Shown here piece after piece: positions 10,020 through 18,934 of a stretch of 64,000 bases of DNA (position 1 is the stretch's first letter; each line of letters starts with the position of its first letter). Below the pieces are notes generated by a model. It did not search any database. It was not told the DNA's origin and saw nothing but the letters and a program-made list of their open reading frames with translations. The stretch spans positions 1-64,000 of the forward strand of contig JAGYJA010000005.1 of the NCBI GenBank assembly GCA_018402385.1, written 5' to 3'. The position numbers and the translations under genes are program-made. The stretch is from Flavobacteriaceae bacterium (GTDB taxonomy: Bacteria > Bacteroidota > Bacteroidia > Flavobacteriales > Flavobacteriaceae).

Positions 10020-10971
10020 ATGAGCAATTATTTAAAACTTTTGATGATTCCTCTTGCCTTATTTATGGCTGGATGTCAGGGAAATTCTAATAAAGAAACC
10101 CCCGAAACTAATGAAATCAACTAAAGCAGATACCATTAGTAAAGAAGTATTAGAGTTTTCATTGACCGGAAAGCATGGCGATGAAGATTCCACATTGTTA
10201 CGGGTCGCTTTTATTGGCGACGGTGAACCAAAACCTTGTGCTGAATTCCCCCATACAAATGCTGCTGTTGAACAAATTAATCTGCTTATGGAAACACAAC
10301 CCATCGATTTTGTTATCGGGGTTGGCGATGTTGCTCATAAAGGAACAGAAATACAATATGAAGCGGCAACCGAGGTATTCCAAAAACTAAAAGCTCCCTT
10401 TTATCCTATAATGGGTAACGAAGAACATGGCAGCACGGTGGAGCGCTACCTTGAGTTTGCTCAACAATGGAACAGCGCTATCAAAAATAAAAGTTATGTT
10501 ATCAACCACGATAAACTGGCATTTGTATTTGCTTCTCCTGATCACGGACGTGATTTTGATGACAGTGGCTCTGGGTGGGTTCTTGAACAAATCCAGCGAT
10601 TAGCTCCAAAACCAGTGATTTTAGTGGTTCATGGAGCGCAGCAGGGTGTTTATCCAGAAAACCCGGAAAAGGGCATTAGCAACCAACTATTCATAAATCA
10701 GGTTATACCACAAGCGAATCTTGCAGTAGTTATTTCCGGAGATTTACACATGGATATGGAAAGGGTGAACCATTCCAAAAAAATTGATCACACTCACTAC
10801 CTTCATATTCCCGCTTTGGAACGCACCAAAATTCCCGATGAAACCAATCATACTCCAATGTTCAGGGTGATGACGATTACTAAAGATGGAAATGTGACTG
10901 TCGAAACTTATGCAACTGGGGAAAACACTCCACGAGAAGAACTTGCCTATTCGTTTACACTTGATTTATAG
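10020..10971 (+). CDS. Metallophosphoesterase (calcineurin-like) lipoprotein; signal peptide in a different frame (frameshift at the C5 run 10099-10103)
   Basis: Frame 0 from 10020 encodes MSNYLKLLMIPLALFMAGCQGNSNKETPETNEIN* (lipobox LFMAGC). Frame 1 ORF 10054..10971 carries the phosphoesterase (GDVAHKG...MGNEEHG). Confidence 0.6.
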
Positions 10972-11039
10972 AAAGAGAAACAATCAATTGCAAAAGGTTG
11001 TACAATTATTTACTACTTACTGTGTTTAAATTTTATAAA

Positions 11040-11082
11040 CAAAAAACACCTGCAAAAGATTAATAGTGCAGGTGTTTTTTTA
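11040..11082. terminator. Bidirectional terminator hairpin
   Basis: ACACCTGCA...TGCAGGTGT stem followed by T7. Confidence 0.6.
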
Positions 11083-11098
11083 TAAAATGGAATCTAAT

Positions 11099-12109
11099 TT
11101 ATTGGGTAAGCCCTAATTTGGCTAAATCATAGAAATAAAAATTCTTTTCATCATTCATTGCGACAAACAAGCCATTTTTAAAGGTTTCATTGAGCGGAAT
11201 GGTTACCACTTCACATCCATCAGTCTGTTTTGTGTTTAAGTTGATTTCTTTTATAAAGGTGTTGTCTTTTCGGGAAAACACATTGAAGGTTTCTGCTTGT
11301 TGATTGGACACTATTATATAGCCTTCCCCATTTTCATAAGCAACAATGGCAATTCCTTCATTGTCTCTTTTAAAAGTCTCGCCACCAAAACAAGCCAATT
11401 CTTCATCTCCTTTTGAGGGGTCTGCGTGGTATTTTCTAACACAATGTGTCTCGTCTGAATAGTACACAAAACCCAAGGCGTCGTCAACAGCTATGGCTTC
11501 TATTTCTTTTTTACCACTGAAATTTCCAAATTTCCTCACCAAATTTACAGATACGCCTGTGCTATCTGAATTTACTTCAAACTGGTGTAAATAACCTGTA
11601 TCCGGGCCATTTTTTCTACCCACGATGAGGTATAGGGTACTATCAACTTGTGACTGGTAGAAACTAATTCCCATAGGGAGATCAAATTCAAGTTCTGTTT
11701 CCCCTTCAAAAACCGGAAACCCTCCGTTATCCATGGGTGTCATATCCGGGATTGAAAATAACCTTATTTGCTTACGTTCCCTTTCGGTGAATGCCAATAC
11801 ATCAACTTTGGTAGAATCATTGAGTTTAAAATCATATCTAATGTCCACATTATTGGGTCTTTTTAAACCCCTTATTGTTTTATTTTCTATGATTTTTCCG
11901 TCTAAATCAAAGGCATAAATGGCGCCGTCTGTATCTTTATCTGTTCCAAAGACGATGCTTTCTGATGGGTTTTCTTTATTGACCCAAATTGCCGGATCGT
12001 CAGTATCGTGGAGTGTGGTTTCTGTGATAACATCTGGAGGTGTTCCCGGCAATTTTTTCTGGCAGGAAATTAATAAAACGATACTCAAAAGTAAAAAGGT
12101 GCTTTTCAT
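11099..12109 (-). CDS. Beta-propeller phytase-like (3-phytase family) lipoprotein
   Basis: Lipoprotein signal (LLISCQ) and DDPAIWV motif characteristic of BPP phytases. Confidence 0.65.
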   Translation of the reverse strand: MKSTFLLLSIVLLISCQKKLPGTPPDVITETTLHDTDDPAIWVNKENPSESIVFGTDKDTDGAIYAFDLDGKIIENKTIRGLKRPNNVDIRYDFKLNDSTKVDVLAFTERERKQIRLFSIPDMTPMDNGGFPVFEGETELEFDLPMGISFYQSQVDSTLYLIVGRKNGPDTGYLHQFEVNSDSTGVSVNLVRKFGNFSGKKEIEAIAVDDALGFVYYSDETHCVRKYHADPSKGDEELACFGGETFKRDNEGIAIVAYENGEGYIIVSNQQAETFNVFSRKDNTFIKEINLNTKQTDGCEVVTIPLNETFKNGLFVAMNDEKNFYFYDLAKLGLTQ

Positions 12110-12128
12110 ATTAGAAGTTTTAAGTTAA

Positions 12129-12149
12129 AAGGGCGCTTGTTGCGCCCTT
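12129..12149 (-). terminator. Hairpin between TonB receptor and phytase gene
   Basis: AAGGGCGC-TTGTT-GCGCCCTT; weak T tract. Confidence 0.4.
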
Positions 12150-12176
12150 TGGAAAATTAACTAACAAATAAATATA

Positions 12177-14993
12177 TTAAAATATATCATATTTCAAGCC
12201 CAATGTTAAACGTCTGTCATAAAACTCAACTTGTTGTGTTCTCTCTTTAACACCTTGATAATATCTTAAGGGCTGATTGGTGATGTTATTCAAGTCAGCA
12301 TAGATTCTTAAGTTCTTAGTGAAGGCATATGTAACGTTAAAATCAAGGAAGAATTGCTGGTCATAATACCTGTCTTCAAAATTGTTTCCTCCAAGTTCAT
12401 CTATATAAGCATCAGAAAAGTTTCCTGAAATTCTTGCACTAAATTTACCATCACCATAGGATAAGGAACCGTTGAACATGTTGGGTGAAGCGCCGGGAAG
12501 TTCTAAATCCCCTCTTTGATCACCGTCTTCATTTCTAATTCCATTGGCCTCTGAGGTTAAATACGTATAGTTTAAAAAGATTCCAAAGTTTTTACCTATT
12601 CCCGGGATAAAGTCCAGTTGTCTTTGAAAGGAAACTTCTGCTCCAGCAACATAAGCATCATCTCCGTTTTGGGGTTGGAAGGTTCTAAAGCCGGCATTGG
12701 GTTGTCCGGCAGCTACTTCACCTACTTGTGTATAGATAAAGTCATTAATTCTTTTGTAAAACACACCACCAGAAAGCAGTCCAATGGAGTTAAAGTAATG
12801 CTCCGCCATGATGTCAAAATTCATAGAAGTTGTTGGATCAAGCTCTGAGTTACCTAAAACTATTTCTTCATCTTCAGTAATAACATCAACAGTTGGCACT
12901 AAATCTTCATAATTAGGTCTAGCCAAAGTGTTTGTCCAGGCAAATCTTAAAACTGTTTTGTCTGTTACATCATATTTAAAATGAACACCTGGTAAAATGT
13001 TTGAGTATGAACTCTCATCAGTAATTTGACCGATAAGTTCTTCTTCCTCCAAAATTTGATTCCCAGTAGCAGTTATTTTAGTGGCCTCTAATCTAACACC
13101 AGCTAACACACTAAAATTATCTGATAATTTTTGGTTTGTCATTACATAACCTGCAAATACATCCTCGCTAACCTCATAATTGGCTCTTAAATATTCATCA
13201 GGAACATCTTCAAAGTCAAATAAGTTAGAGTTGCTCAAATCTAAACCTCCCAGAAATCTTGGATCCATAAAGGACCCTGCTGCATATTGCCCGCCTGCAA
13301 GATAATCAGGGTCTGTGTAGTCTCTTACTGGAACATCTGCTAAAGTGCCAAATGCCTGTGGGTTTTCTGCTGTGGGCTCATATTCAAAAAAGTTATTGTC
13401 CCTAAATTTGTTTTTCAATCGCATTCTGGCACCCATTTTAATTGTACCGTCTCCTTTTCCAAAAAAGTCTGCAGGTAATGAAAAGTTTACAAGACCATTA
13501 AAATCTTCTTCTTCAGTATATTGATTTTCTTCTTCAATAGAGTTTAATGTAAATTGATCCAATGTAACTTGACTTGGGTCTGCAGGTGAAAATGAAGGAA
13601 ATTCAGGATCAGAAAAGTCAGCATTTAGCGTGACATCTTTATTACGATATGACGCATATCTTTCATTAAGTCTTTCCTCAGATGCCTTTGCGTAAGAAAA
13701 AAGCCAATCAATTTGTAAATTGTTAATTAAGTGTTCACCATTCAACGTGTAGTTTTGCATACGTTGGTCTTCCAAGCGGGTGTTTTTATTCCTATTATTA
13801 TCAATTCCCCCTTTTGTCTGTCTTCTCATCCTTCCTTCATAGCCCACGATATTTTCTGTTCCAGTTGCAAATAACGGTTCAATATCATCATATCTTAGAC
13901 GCAATCTATTTTCACGGTCATCTCTCCAATTGTACATAGATTTGAAGAAAATGGTATTGTTTTTATCAAATGAATAATCAAAGTTTGCAGAAAAACTTCT
14001 TCTTACACGTTGAACTAAATAAACTCTTATATCACTTTCTTCGACATAAGGATTTACAGTTATATCTTCGCCTGTTATAGGGCTTTCTACTTCATTAGCC
14101 CAAACGGCTTCCACGTTGTCTGAGCCAAAATCGTTGTCATTGATTGAGGCAGCAAGCATCCACCCAAATTTTTTGTTTTCAGATTTATCGCCTACTAAAA
14201 AGGAACCGTTTAAAATGCGTTTATCAGTTATAAAATTTATACCAGAACCCACTGTTGCAGAAAGTCTAAAGTTTTGTGGTGACGAACGTGTAACTAAATT
14301 TACGGAGCCTCCAAGTGCATCACCATCCATATCTGGAGTCACTGCTTTATTCACTTCAATGGTTTGAATCATATCTGATGGAATTAAATCCATCTGTACA
14401 TTTCTATTATCTCCTTCTGCTGAAGGAATTCTACTGCCGTTGAGCGTAACAGAGTTGAGCTCTGGCGCCAAACCTCTCACAATGATATTTCTTGCTTCTC
14501 CTTGATCGACTTGCATAGTGATACCGGGAATACGTTTCATGGCATCGCCGATATTTGCATCGGGAAATTTACCAATCTGATCTGTAGATACAATATTAGT
14601 AATGTTTGCTTTGTTCTTTTGGGTGTTAAGTGCCCTTGCTTGACCTCCCAGAGAGTAGCCAATAATCTCGACAGCATCGAGTTCTTCTGTATTCTCTTTT
14701 AAAACAAAATTTGCCGTAGTTGTTTGACCCGAAATAACAGTCACTTCAATGATGTTGTCATCAAAGCCTAGGTACTTGACAGTTAAATTATGAGTACCTT
14801 CAGGAACATTAAGGATTAAAAATTCGCCATCACCATCAGATATTGAACCTTTTCTAAGTTCTTCAATCAAGACGTTGGCTCCAGGGACATAAATCCCGTA
14901 AGTATCAGTTATAACACCTCGAATGTTTCCATTCTGTGAAGTGCCGACATAAAATGATAGTAAAAATAAAGCTAGTAAGTAGTTTGTTTTCAT
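12177..14993 (-). CDS. TonB-dependent receptor with N-terminal carboxypeptidase-regulatory-like domain (SusC-like)
   Basis: 938 aa with signal peptide, CarbopepD_reg-like N-terminus, plug domain, and a C-terminal Phe. Confidence 0.85.
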   Translation of the reverse strand: MKTNYLLALFLLSFYVGTSQNGNIRGVITDTYGIYVPGANVLIEELRKGSISDGDGEFLILNVPEGTHNLTVKYLGFDDNIIEVTVISGQTTTANFVLKENTEELDAVEIIGYSLGGQARALNTQKNKANITNIVSTDQIGKFPDANIGDAMKRIPGITMQVDQGEARNIIVRGLAPELNSVTLNGSRIPSAEGDNRNVQMDLIPSDMIQTIEVNKAVTPDMDGDALGGSVNLVTRSSPQNFRLSATVGSGINFITDKRILNGSFLVGDKSENKKFGWMLAASINDNDFGSDNVEAVWANEVESPITGEDITVNPYVEESDIRVYLVQRVRRSFSANFDYSFDKNNTIFFKSMYNWRDDRENRLRLRYDDIEPLFATGTENIVGYEGRMRRQTKGGIDNNRNKNTRLEDQRMQNYTLNGEHLINNLQIDWLFSYAKASEERLNERYASYRNKDVTLNADFSDPEFPSFSPADPSQVTLDQFTLNSIEEENQYTEEEDFNGLVNFSLPADFFGKGDGTIKMGARMRLKNKFRDNNFFEYEPTAENPQAFGTLADVPVRDYTDPDYLAGGQYAAGSFMDPRFLGGLDLSNSNLFDFEDVPDEYLRANYEVSEDVFAGYVMTNQKLSDNFSVLAGVRLEATKITATGNQILEEEELIGQITDESSYSNILPGVHFKYDVTDKTVLRFAWTNTLARPNYEDLVPTVDVITEDEEIVLGNSELDPTTSMNFDIMAEHYFNSIGLLSGGVFYKRINDFIYTQVGEVAAGQPNAGFRTFQPQNGDDAYVAGAEVSFQRQLDFIPGIGKNFGIFLNYTYLTSEANGIRNEDGDQRGDLELPGASPNMFNGSLSYGDGKFSARISGNFSDAYIDELGGNNFEDRYYDQQFFLDFNVTYAFTKNLRIYADLNNITNQPLRYYQGVKERTQQVEFYDRRLTLGLKYDIF

Positions 14994-15140
14994 AGTTAAA
15001 TTAGTTTTTTCAAAAATACTATGAAATACAGAGCAAGAGTTTTTCTTAAAATCATTTTAAAGTAAATTTATGTTTAATTTTTAACACAATATTATCAACA
15101 ATTTATTTTGCTTAAAGTTTGCATAACTTATTCTTAATAC

Positions 15141-15178
15141 AAAAAAACCCCTTCAGTAACTGAAAGGGTTTTTGTTTT
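15141..15178. terminator. Terminator hairpin downstream of the DUF3332 gene
   Basis: CCCTTCAGT-AAC-TGAAAGGG flanked by A7/T5. Confidence 0.5.
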
Positions 15179-15192
15179 AAATCAAGAAAGAA

Positions 15193-15771
15193 TTAATTCA
15201 CTGCAAGCATACAATCTTTGTAGTTTACAATGTTTTGTTTAAGAAGAGCCAAACCTTCTTCACGTGGCGCTGTTGGGTCAATTTTCACTTCTTGGCCATC
15301 TGGCATATAAACAATATAAAATCCATCTTCAAAGGATGAAAGTTTGATGATTTCGCCATCAACTTTATGGGCATACCATGTTTGTTCGTCTGGAGCATAA
15401 ACCAATTTTACTTGTTCACCTTTATCTGACCCTTCAATCACTTCAATATTCATTTGGTTTTTAGTTGCTGTTAATAAATAGGTATTTCCATTTTTTTCAA
15501 CTAATTGGGTTTCAATCTCATCTTCATTCATAGCAATAGGGTTTGAACCTGACCAGAATTCAATCACATTAAAGATGATAACATCTCCAAAAAAGAACAG
15601 TCCATAAACAGGAACGATGTTTAAAGCCCAAAAAATCAGGTTATCCAAAAATTTGTTGTCTGTCAATCCATCATTCCAGTCTCTTAAACTATTGAATGCG
15701 CTGAATGAACCCAAACAACTTGTGAATAAAATAGTGCTCGAAAGCGCGGTGCAAATCATTAATTTTCTCAT
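15193..15771 (-). CDS. DUF3332-family lipoprotein
   Basis: Lipoprotein signal (FTSCLGSFSAFN) followed by a hydrophobic segment (IFWALNIVPVYG); pattern recalled for DUF3332. Confidence 0.45.
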   Translation of the reverse strand: MRKLMICTALSSTILFTSCLGSFSAFNSLRDWNDGLTDNKFLDNLIFWALNIVPVYGLFFFGDVIIFNVIEFWSGSNPIAMNEDEIETQLVEKNGNTYLLTATKNQMNIEVIEGSDKGEQVKLVYAPDEQTWYAHKVDGEIIKLSSFEDGFYIVYMPDGQEVKIDPTAPREEGLALLKQNIVNYKDCMLAVN

Positions 15772-15823
15772 ATCTGTTTTATTTAAAAGTTAGAGAATGA
15801 AATTACAACTATTTTAATAAAAA

Positions 15824-15858
15824 TAAAAAAGCCTTTCAAAAATATTGAAAGGCTTTTA
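15824..15858. terminator. Terminator after rpmA
   Basis: GCCTTTCAA-AAATAT-TGAAAGGC perfect 9-bp stem with flanking A/T runs. Confidence 0.7.
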
Positions 15859-15876
15859 AGATTGTATTTAAAAAAA

Positions 15877-16137
15877 CTATGCCTCAAATGGTTCTATTGA
15901 AACAAATGATTTGTTGTCTTTTCTTTTTGAAAATTTAACTAATCCATCCACTTTAGCGTGAAGGGTGTGGTCTTTTCCGGCATATACATTCTCACCTGGA
16001 TTGTGAGTATAGCCTCTTTGTCTTACGATGATATTTCCGGCAATGGCAGCTTGTCCACCAAAAATCTTAACACCAAGGCGTTTTGATTCTGATTCTCTAC
16101 CGTTTTTGGAACTACCAACTCCTTTTTTATGTGCCAT
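15877..16137 (-). CDS. rpmA: 50S ribosomal protein L27
   Basis: [24 protein letters not shown]. Confidence 0.95.
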   Translation of the reverse strand: MAHKKGVGSSKNGRESESKRLGVKIFGGQAAIAGNIIVRQRGYTHNPGENVYAGKDHTLHAKVDGLVKFSKRKDNKSFVSIEPFEA

Positions 16138-16168
16138 TGTATGTGGTTTTAATTTTTATTAATAATCA

Positions 16169-16849
16169 TTAAGCGGGTTTTCCACCGTTTAGTTCATCTT
16201 GTAATTTCTTTAGCTCATCCATTTTTCCTTCAGCTGCAAGCTTGGCTTGTTGAGGCCAAGTACCCGGGTCTAAATGTTGAACTTTATTTGGTGAAGCGTC
16301 TAATAGGGCTTTAATTGCTTCCGGATTTGATTTTGCGATTTTAGCAAAAGTATCTAATCCTGCTTCAGTCAATGTTTCAGCTGCTTTTGGACCAACTCCT
16401 TCTATAAGAGATAATTTATCACCTTTTTTAGCGGTTGCTTTTTTAGTAGCTTTTGGCGCTTCCGTTTTAACGGCTTCTTTCTTTTCAGTTTTTGGAGTAA
16501 CTACTTTTTCCTCTTTTTTAGCTGATTTTTTTGCACCTGAAGTAAGAATGCTTTCAATTACAATTTCAGAAAGGTATTGACGGTGACCATTTTTCTTTTG
16601 GTAGCCTTTACGTCTTTTCTTTTTGAAAACGATTACTTTATCACCTTTAAGGTGTCTGGTAATTTTTGCTCCTACCTGAGCTCCTTCTATAGCCGGGGCG
16701 CCTAATGTGATATTGTCACCATCTCCGATAAGAAGTACATTGTCAAAAGAAACTGAGGTTCCTTCTTCTTCAGACAAACGGTGAACAAACACTTTTTGGT
16801 CTTTTGCAACTTTAAATTGCTGCCCTGCTATCTCTACAATTGCGTACAT
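16169..16849 (-). CDS. rplU: 50S ribosomal protein L21 with ~120-aa Lys/Ala-rich C-terminal extension containing an HhH-like motif
   Basis: MYAIVEIAGQQFKV... L21 core of ~105 aa, then a KKxAKK-rich tail and LSLIEGVGPKAAETLTEAGLDTFAKIA. Confidence 0.9.
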   Translation of the reverse strand: MYAIVEIAGQQFKVAKDQKVFVHRLSEEEGTSVSFDNVLLIGDGDNITLGAPAIEGAQVGAKITRHLKGDKVIVFKKKRRKGYQKKNGHRQYLSEIVIESILTSGAKKSAKKEEKVVTPKTEKKEAVKTEAPKATKKATAKKGDKLSLIEGVGPKAAETLTEAGLDTFAKIAKSNPEAIKALLDASPNKVQHLDPGTWPQQAKLAAEGKMDELKKLQDELNGGKPA

Positions 16850-16908
16850 AGCTTGTTTTTGTTGATTAAAACTTAATTATACCTTAGAAATTTACTCTAA
16901 AGCGGGCG

Positions 16909-16939
16909 CAAATATACACCTAAAAAATGAATATACAAA
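16909..16939 (-). promoter_or_regulatory. Bacteroidota sigma-A promoter (-33 TTTG / 19 bp / -7 TATATTTG) for rplU-rpmA
   Basis: Minus strand reads ccaTTTGtatattcattttttaggtgTATATTTGcgcccgc. The same GGTGTATATTTGC core recurs upstream of tRNA-Asp. Confidence 0.55.
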
Positions 16940-16968
16940 TGGCTAATAGTCACTTTTTTATTGAAGGA

Positions 16969-17409
16969 TTATTTTTGGTTAGTGTTCCAGGAGTCTTTTA
17001 ACAGCTGCATAAAAGCCAATGTTAGAACAAATGAGGTTGCTAATCCCATTACAAGAACTGAGACAATTAACACAAATGGACCATTACTTATGTTGATGTC
17101 CCAACCTTCAATAATTGTTTTTGAAAACGAGGGTTCGATATGATACATATAAACTGCCATTGAAATTCCAAAGAGCACAGCGGCAAAAAAACCACTTAGT
17201 AACCCCACCTGAAATCCTTTCTCATATTTAAAGTTCTTGTTTGTTTTTTTGAAATTAGTGATGGCTAAATAAATTCCAAATCCAAAAATTACAGCATTAA
17301 AACCACTCAAAACAGTCAAGGTATGTAAATTCAAAAGACGTAAAATCAAAAAATAAGCGATTAACAAAATTGTAATTAACACCCCATATTTAATATATTG
17401 CTTAGTCAT
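16969..17409 (-). CDS. Small integral membrane protein (DUF4199-like)
   Basis: 146 aa with 4 predicted TM segments. Confidence 0.35.
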   Translation of the reverse strand: MTKQYIKYGVLITILLIAYFLILRLLNLHTLTVLSGFNAVIFGFGIYLAITNFKKTNKNFKYEKGFQVGLLSGFFAAVLFGISMAVYMYHIEPSFSKTIIEGWDINISNGPFVLIVSVLVMGLATSFVLTLAFMQLLKDSWNTNQK

Positions 17410-17602
17410 AATATTTTATAGTTTGAAATTTTCACCATTAATATCGTAAAAAATGTAATTGGTTAAGACTAAAACATTGTTAATTTTTTAATTTTCACAA
17501 ATTAAAACGTCTCTATAACTTATATTTGTGGAAAGGGGATAATGTAACAAATCATACCTTTCACACACTAATGTATTACATTTTAAATCAATATTAATTA
17601 CT

Positions 17603-18922
17603 ATGAAAAAAAATCATTTTACCATAGCAATTCTACTTTTTGCGTTTGCTATATTTAACGCTCAAGAAGTTGCTTTTGAGGAGTACACACTTGATAATGG
17701 CTTGCATGTAATTTTGCATCAAGACAATACCGCGCCAGTTGCTATCACCTCGGTGATGTATCAGGTTGGCGCTAAAGACGAAAATCCAGAACGCACAGGA
17801 TTTGCTCACTTTTTTGAACACCTGCTGTTTGAAGGCACAAAAAATATTGAAAGAGGAGAGTGGTTTAAAATAGTCTCTTCTTATGGTGGTTCAAACAATG
17901 CTAACACCAGTGACGATCGCACATATTATTACGAAATATTTCCATCAAATGCAGTCGAAGTAGGGCTCTGGATGGAAAGTGAACGCTTGCTTCATCCCAT
18001 CATTAATCAAATTGGCGTTGATACTCAAAACGAAGTGGTAAAAGAAGAGAAAAGACTTAGAGTTGACAACCAACCTTACGGAAATTTATTTGCTGAGGTA
18101 AAAAAACATATGTTTAAAGAGCATCCTTACAGATGGTCCCCCATTGGTAGTATGGAACACTTAGATGCTGCAACACTTGATGAGTTTCTTGCTTTTAACG
18201 AGAAGTTTTATGTGCCAAATAATGCAACTTTGGTTGTTGCAGGAGATATAAATGTTCCCGAAGTAAAGGAAATGATTCAACAATATTTTGGTCCCATCCC
18301 AAGAGGAGCGGAAGTCCCGAGAGTTAATATAAAAGAAGCACCCATTACAAAACAAATCAATGCAGTTGCTTATGATCCCAATATACAAATTCCAGCAATT
18401 GTTCATGCTTATAGAACTCCTGCAATGAACACTAGGGAAGCAAGAGTATTGGACATGGTCTCCACTATTTTGAGTGACGGAAAAAGTTCCAGACTTTACA
18501 AAAAACTTGTTGATGATAAAAAAATGGCTCTTCAAGTTGCAGCTTTTAATGTTAGTCAGCAGGATTATGGAATGTATTTAACCTTTGCATTACCCTTAAA
18601 TGATGCCTCGCTGGACGATTTGACAAAGGAGATTGATGAAGAAATTGTAAGAATTCAAAATGAATTGATCTCTGAAAGAGAATTTGAAAAATTACAGAAT
18701 GTTTTTGAAAATCGCTTTGTGAATTCAAATGCGACAATTGCTGGAATTGCAAGCTCACTCGCAACTTATCAAATGCTTTATGGAGACATCAATCTTATCA
18801 ACAATGAAATTGATATTTACAGATCCATAACGCGTGAAGAAATCAGAGAAGCAGCAAGAAAATATTTAAACCCCAATCAACGATTGCGATTGGAATATTT
18901 ACCTGAAAATGATAAACAATAA
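17603..18922 (+). CDS. M16-family zinc peptidase (insulinase-like), active subunit
   Basis: Signal peptide and HFFEHLLFEGT (HxxEH zinc motif). Confidence 0.85.
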   Translation: MKKNHFTIAILLFAFAIFNAQEVAFEEYTLDNGLHVILHQDNTAPVAITSVMYQVGAKDENPERTGFAHFFEHLLFEGTKNIERGEWFKIVSSYGGSNNANTSDDRTYYYEIFPSNAVEVGLWMESERLLHPIINQIGVDTQNEVVKEEKRLRVDNQPYGNLFAEVKKHMFKEHPYRWSPIGSMEHLDAATLDEFLAFNEKFYVPNNATLVVAGDINVPEVKEMIQQYFGPIPRGAEVPRVNIKEAPITKQINAVAYDPNIQIPAIVHAYRTPAMNTREARVLDMVSTILSDGKSSRLYKKLVDDKKMALQVAAFNVSQQDYGMYLTFALPLNDASLDDLTKEIDEEIVRIQNELISEREFEKLQNVFENRFVNSNATIAGIASSLATYQMLYGDINLINNEIDIYRSITREEIREAARKYLNPNQRLRLEYLPENDKQ

Positions 18923-18934
18923 AAAAACACATCA

